A stretch of 64,000 bases of DNA from Ignavibacteriota bacterium (GTDB lineage: Bacteria; Bacteroidota; Ignavibacteria; UBA10030; UBA6906), in assembly GCA_016218065.1 (NCBI GenBank), contig JACRFA010000109.1, forward strand, positions 9,624 through 73,623. The letters are read 5' to 3'. Position numbers and translations under genes: made by a program. The notes under the pieces were generated by a model. That model had not been told where the DNA came from. It was given only the letters and a program-made list of their open reading frames with translations, and made no database searches. Below, one piece after another: positions 63,433 to 64,000 of this stretch; position 1 is the stretch's first letter; every line of letters begins with the position of its first letter.

Positions 63433-64000
63433 ATGGAAATCATCTACGGTCTTCTCAAGGTTGCCTCCGTCTTCGCGCTCGTGTTTCTCAACGGCTTCTT
63501 TGTCGCGGCCGAGTTTGCCATCGTCAAAGTCCGCTCGACGCAGATCGAGCCGCTGATGAAAAGCGGCATGAAGCGGGCCCGGACCGCGCATCACGTCATC
63601 ACTCATCTCGATGCATACCTTTCAGCAACGCAGCTCGGCATCACGTTGACGAGTTTGGGATTGGGCTGGATGGGCGAGCCGTTCGTTGGGCATTTGCTGC
63701 AACCGTTGTTCGTGCTTGTCGGCATCACGAACCCGGCAATCGTCGCCACGGTCGCGTTCAGCGTGGCGTTTGGCATCATCACGTTTCTGCATATCGTGCT
63801 CGGCGAGCTGGCGCCGAAGTCGCTCGCGATTCAGCGGGCGCTCAAAGTAACGCTGGGCATCGCGACTCCGTTGCACGGATTCTTCATTGTGTTCAAGCCG
63901 TTCATCTGGGCGTTGAATTCGACGGCGAATTTCTTTCTGCGATGGGTCGGGATTCAACCGGCGACAGAGGGCGAACTCGGGCATTCGGAGGAAGAGCTTC
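63433..64000 (+). CDS. CNNM/DUF21-type hemolysin-family (CorC/TlyC-like) membrane protein, 3'-truncated by the window edge
   Basis: Not in the ORF track because it has no stop within the window. ATG at 63433. 'LNGFFVAAEFAIVKVR', 'LSATQLGITLTSLGLGW.GEP', 'LGELAPKSLAIQ'. Confidence 0.85.
   Translation, partial: MEIIYGLLKVASVFALVFLNGFFVAAEFAIVKVRSTQIEPLMKSGMKRARTAHHVITHLDAYLSATQLGITLTSLGLGWMGEPFVGHLLQPLFVLVGITNPAIVATVAFSVAFGIITFLHIVLGELAPKSLAIQRALKVTLGIATPLHGFFIVFKPFIWALNSTANFFLRWVGIQPATEGELGHSEEEL

Overview
Gene-dense 64-kb chromosomal segment. Most genes are about 55-60% GC, judged from hand counts of sample lines. The organism uses a type IX secretion system (T9SS): five C-terminal sorting domains with the '(F/Y)xLEQNYPNPFNPST' signature occur in the window. 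Together with a TIGR02999-type ECF sigma factor, hpnCD and a tilS-hpt-ftsH operon, this suggests an FCB-superphylum organism (Ignavibacteriota/Kapabacteria/Bacteroidota-like); the taxonomy is inference only. Housekeeping genes: recQ, a SWIM-SNF2 helicase, a ybaK-like deacylase, an M48 peptidase, a split mlaE/mlaF/mlaD set, tonB, a DEAD-box helicase, rsgA, tRNA(CAU)-tilS-hpt-ftsH, hpnC-hpnD, a persulfide-dioxygenase-like MBL-rhodanese fusion, rhomboid, EVE and CNNM. Envelope and secreted genes: a sortilin/VPS10-like BNR protein, two tandem paralogous giant BNR-propeller T9SS cargos (1646 and 968 aa), a Ycf48-like T9SS cargo, a seven-blade FG-GAP + P-domain T9SS cargo, a metallophosphoesterase-PQQ propeller and a gluzincin peptidase. 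Accessory content: small toxin-antitoxin-like modules (two MNT-HEPN cassettes in a 954-bp tandem arrangement, two DUF433 genes, a PIN-like pair, an orphan antitoxin). Decayed genes: a ybjQ frameshift, an orphan T9SS tail, a truncated HEPN and a truncated DUF4395. There are at least five families of short intergenic repeats, including a TA-flanked MITE family with 15-17-bp terminal inverted repeats and a six-hairpin array bounded by a 17-bp direct repeat. I saw no CRISPR array, rRNA, transposase, integrase or recognisable multi-gene defence system. The most system-like candidate is a low-GC ECF sigma / TPR Ser-Thr kinase pair that brackets a normal-GC T9SS cargo gene, next to a hybrid histidine kinase with a TPR ectodomain. 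All family assignments come from motif recognition by eye, not from database searches. The supplied ORF track renders GTG/TTG starts as M, so several starts were trimmed to the first plausible ATG.
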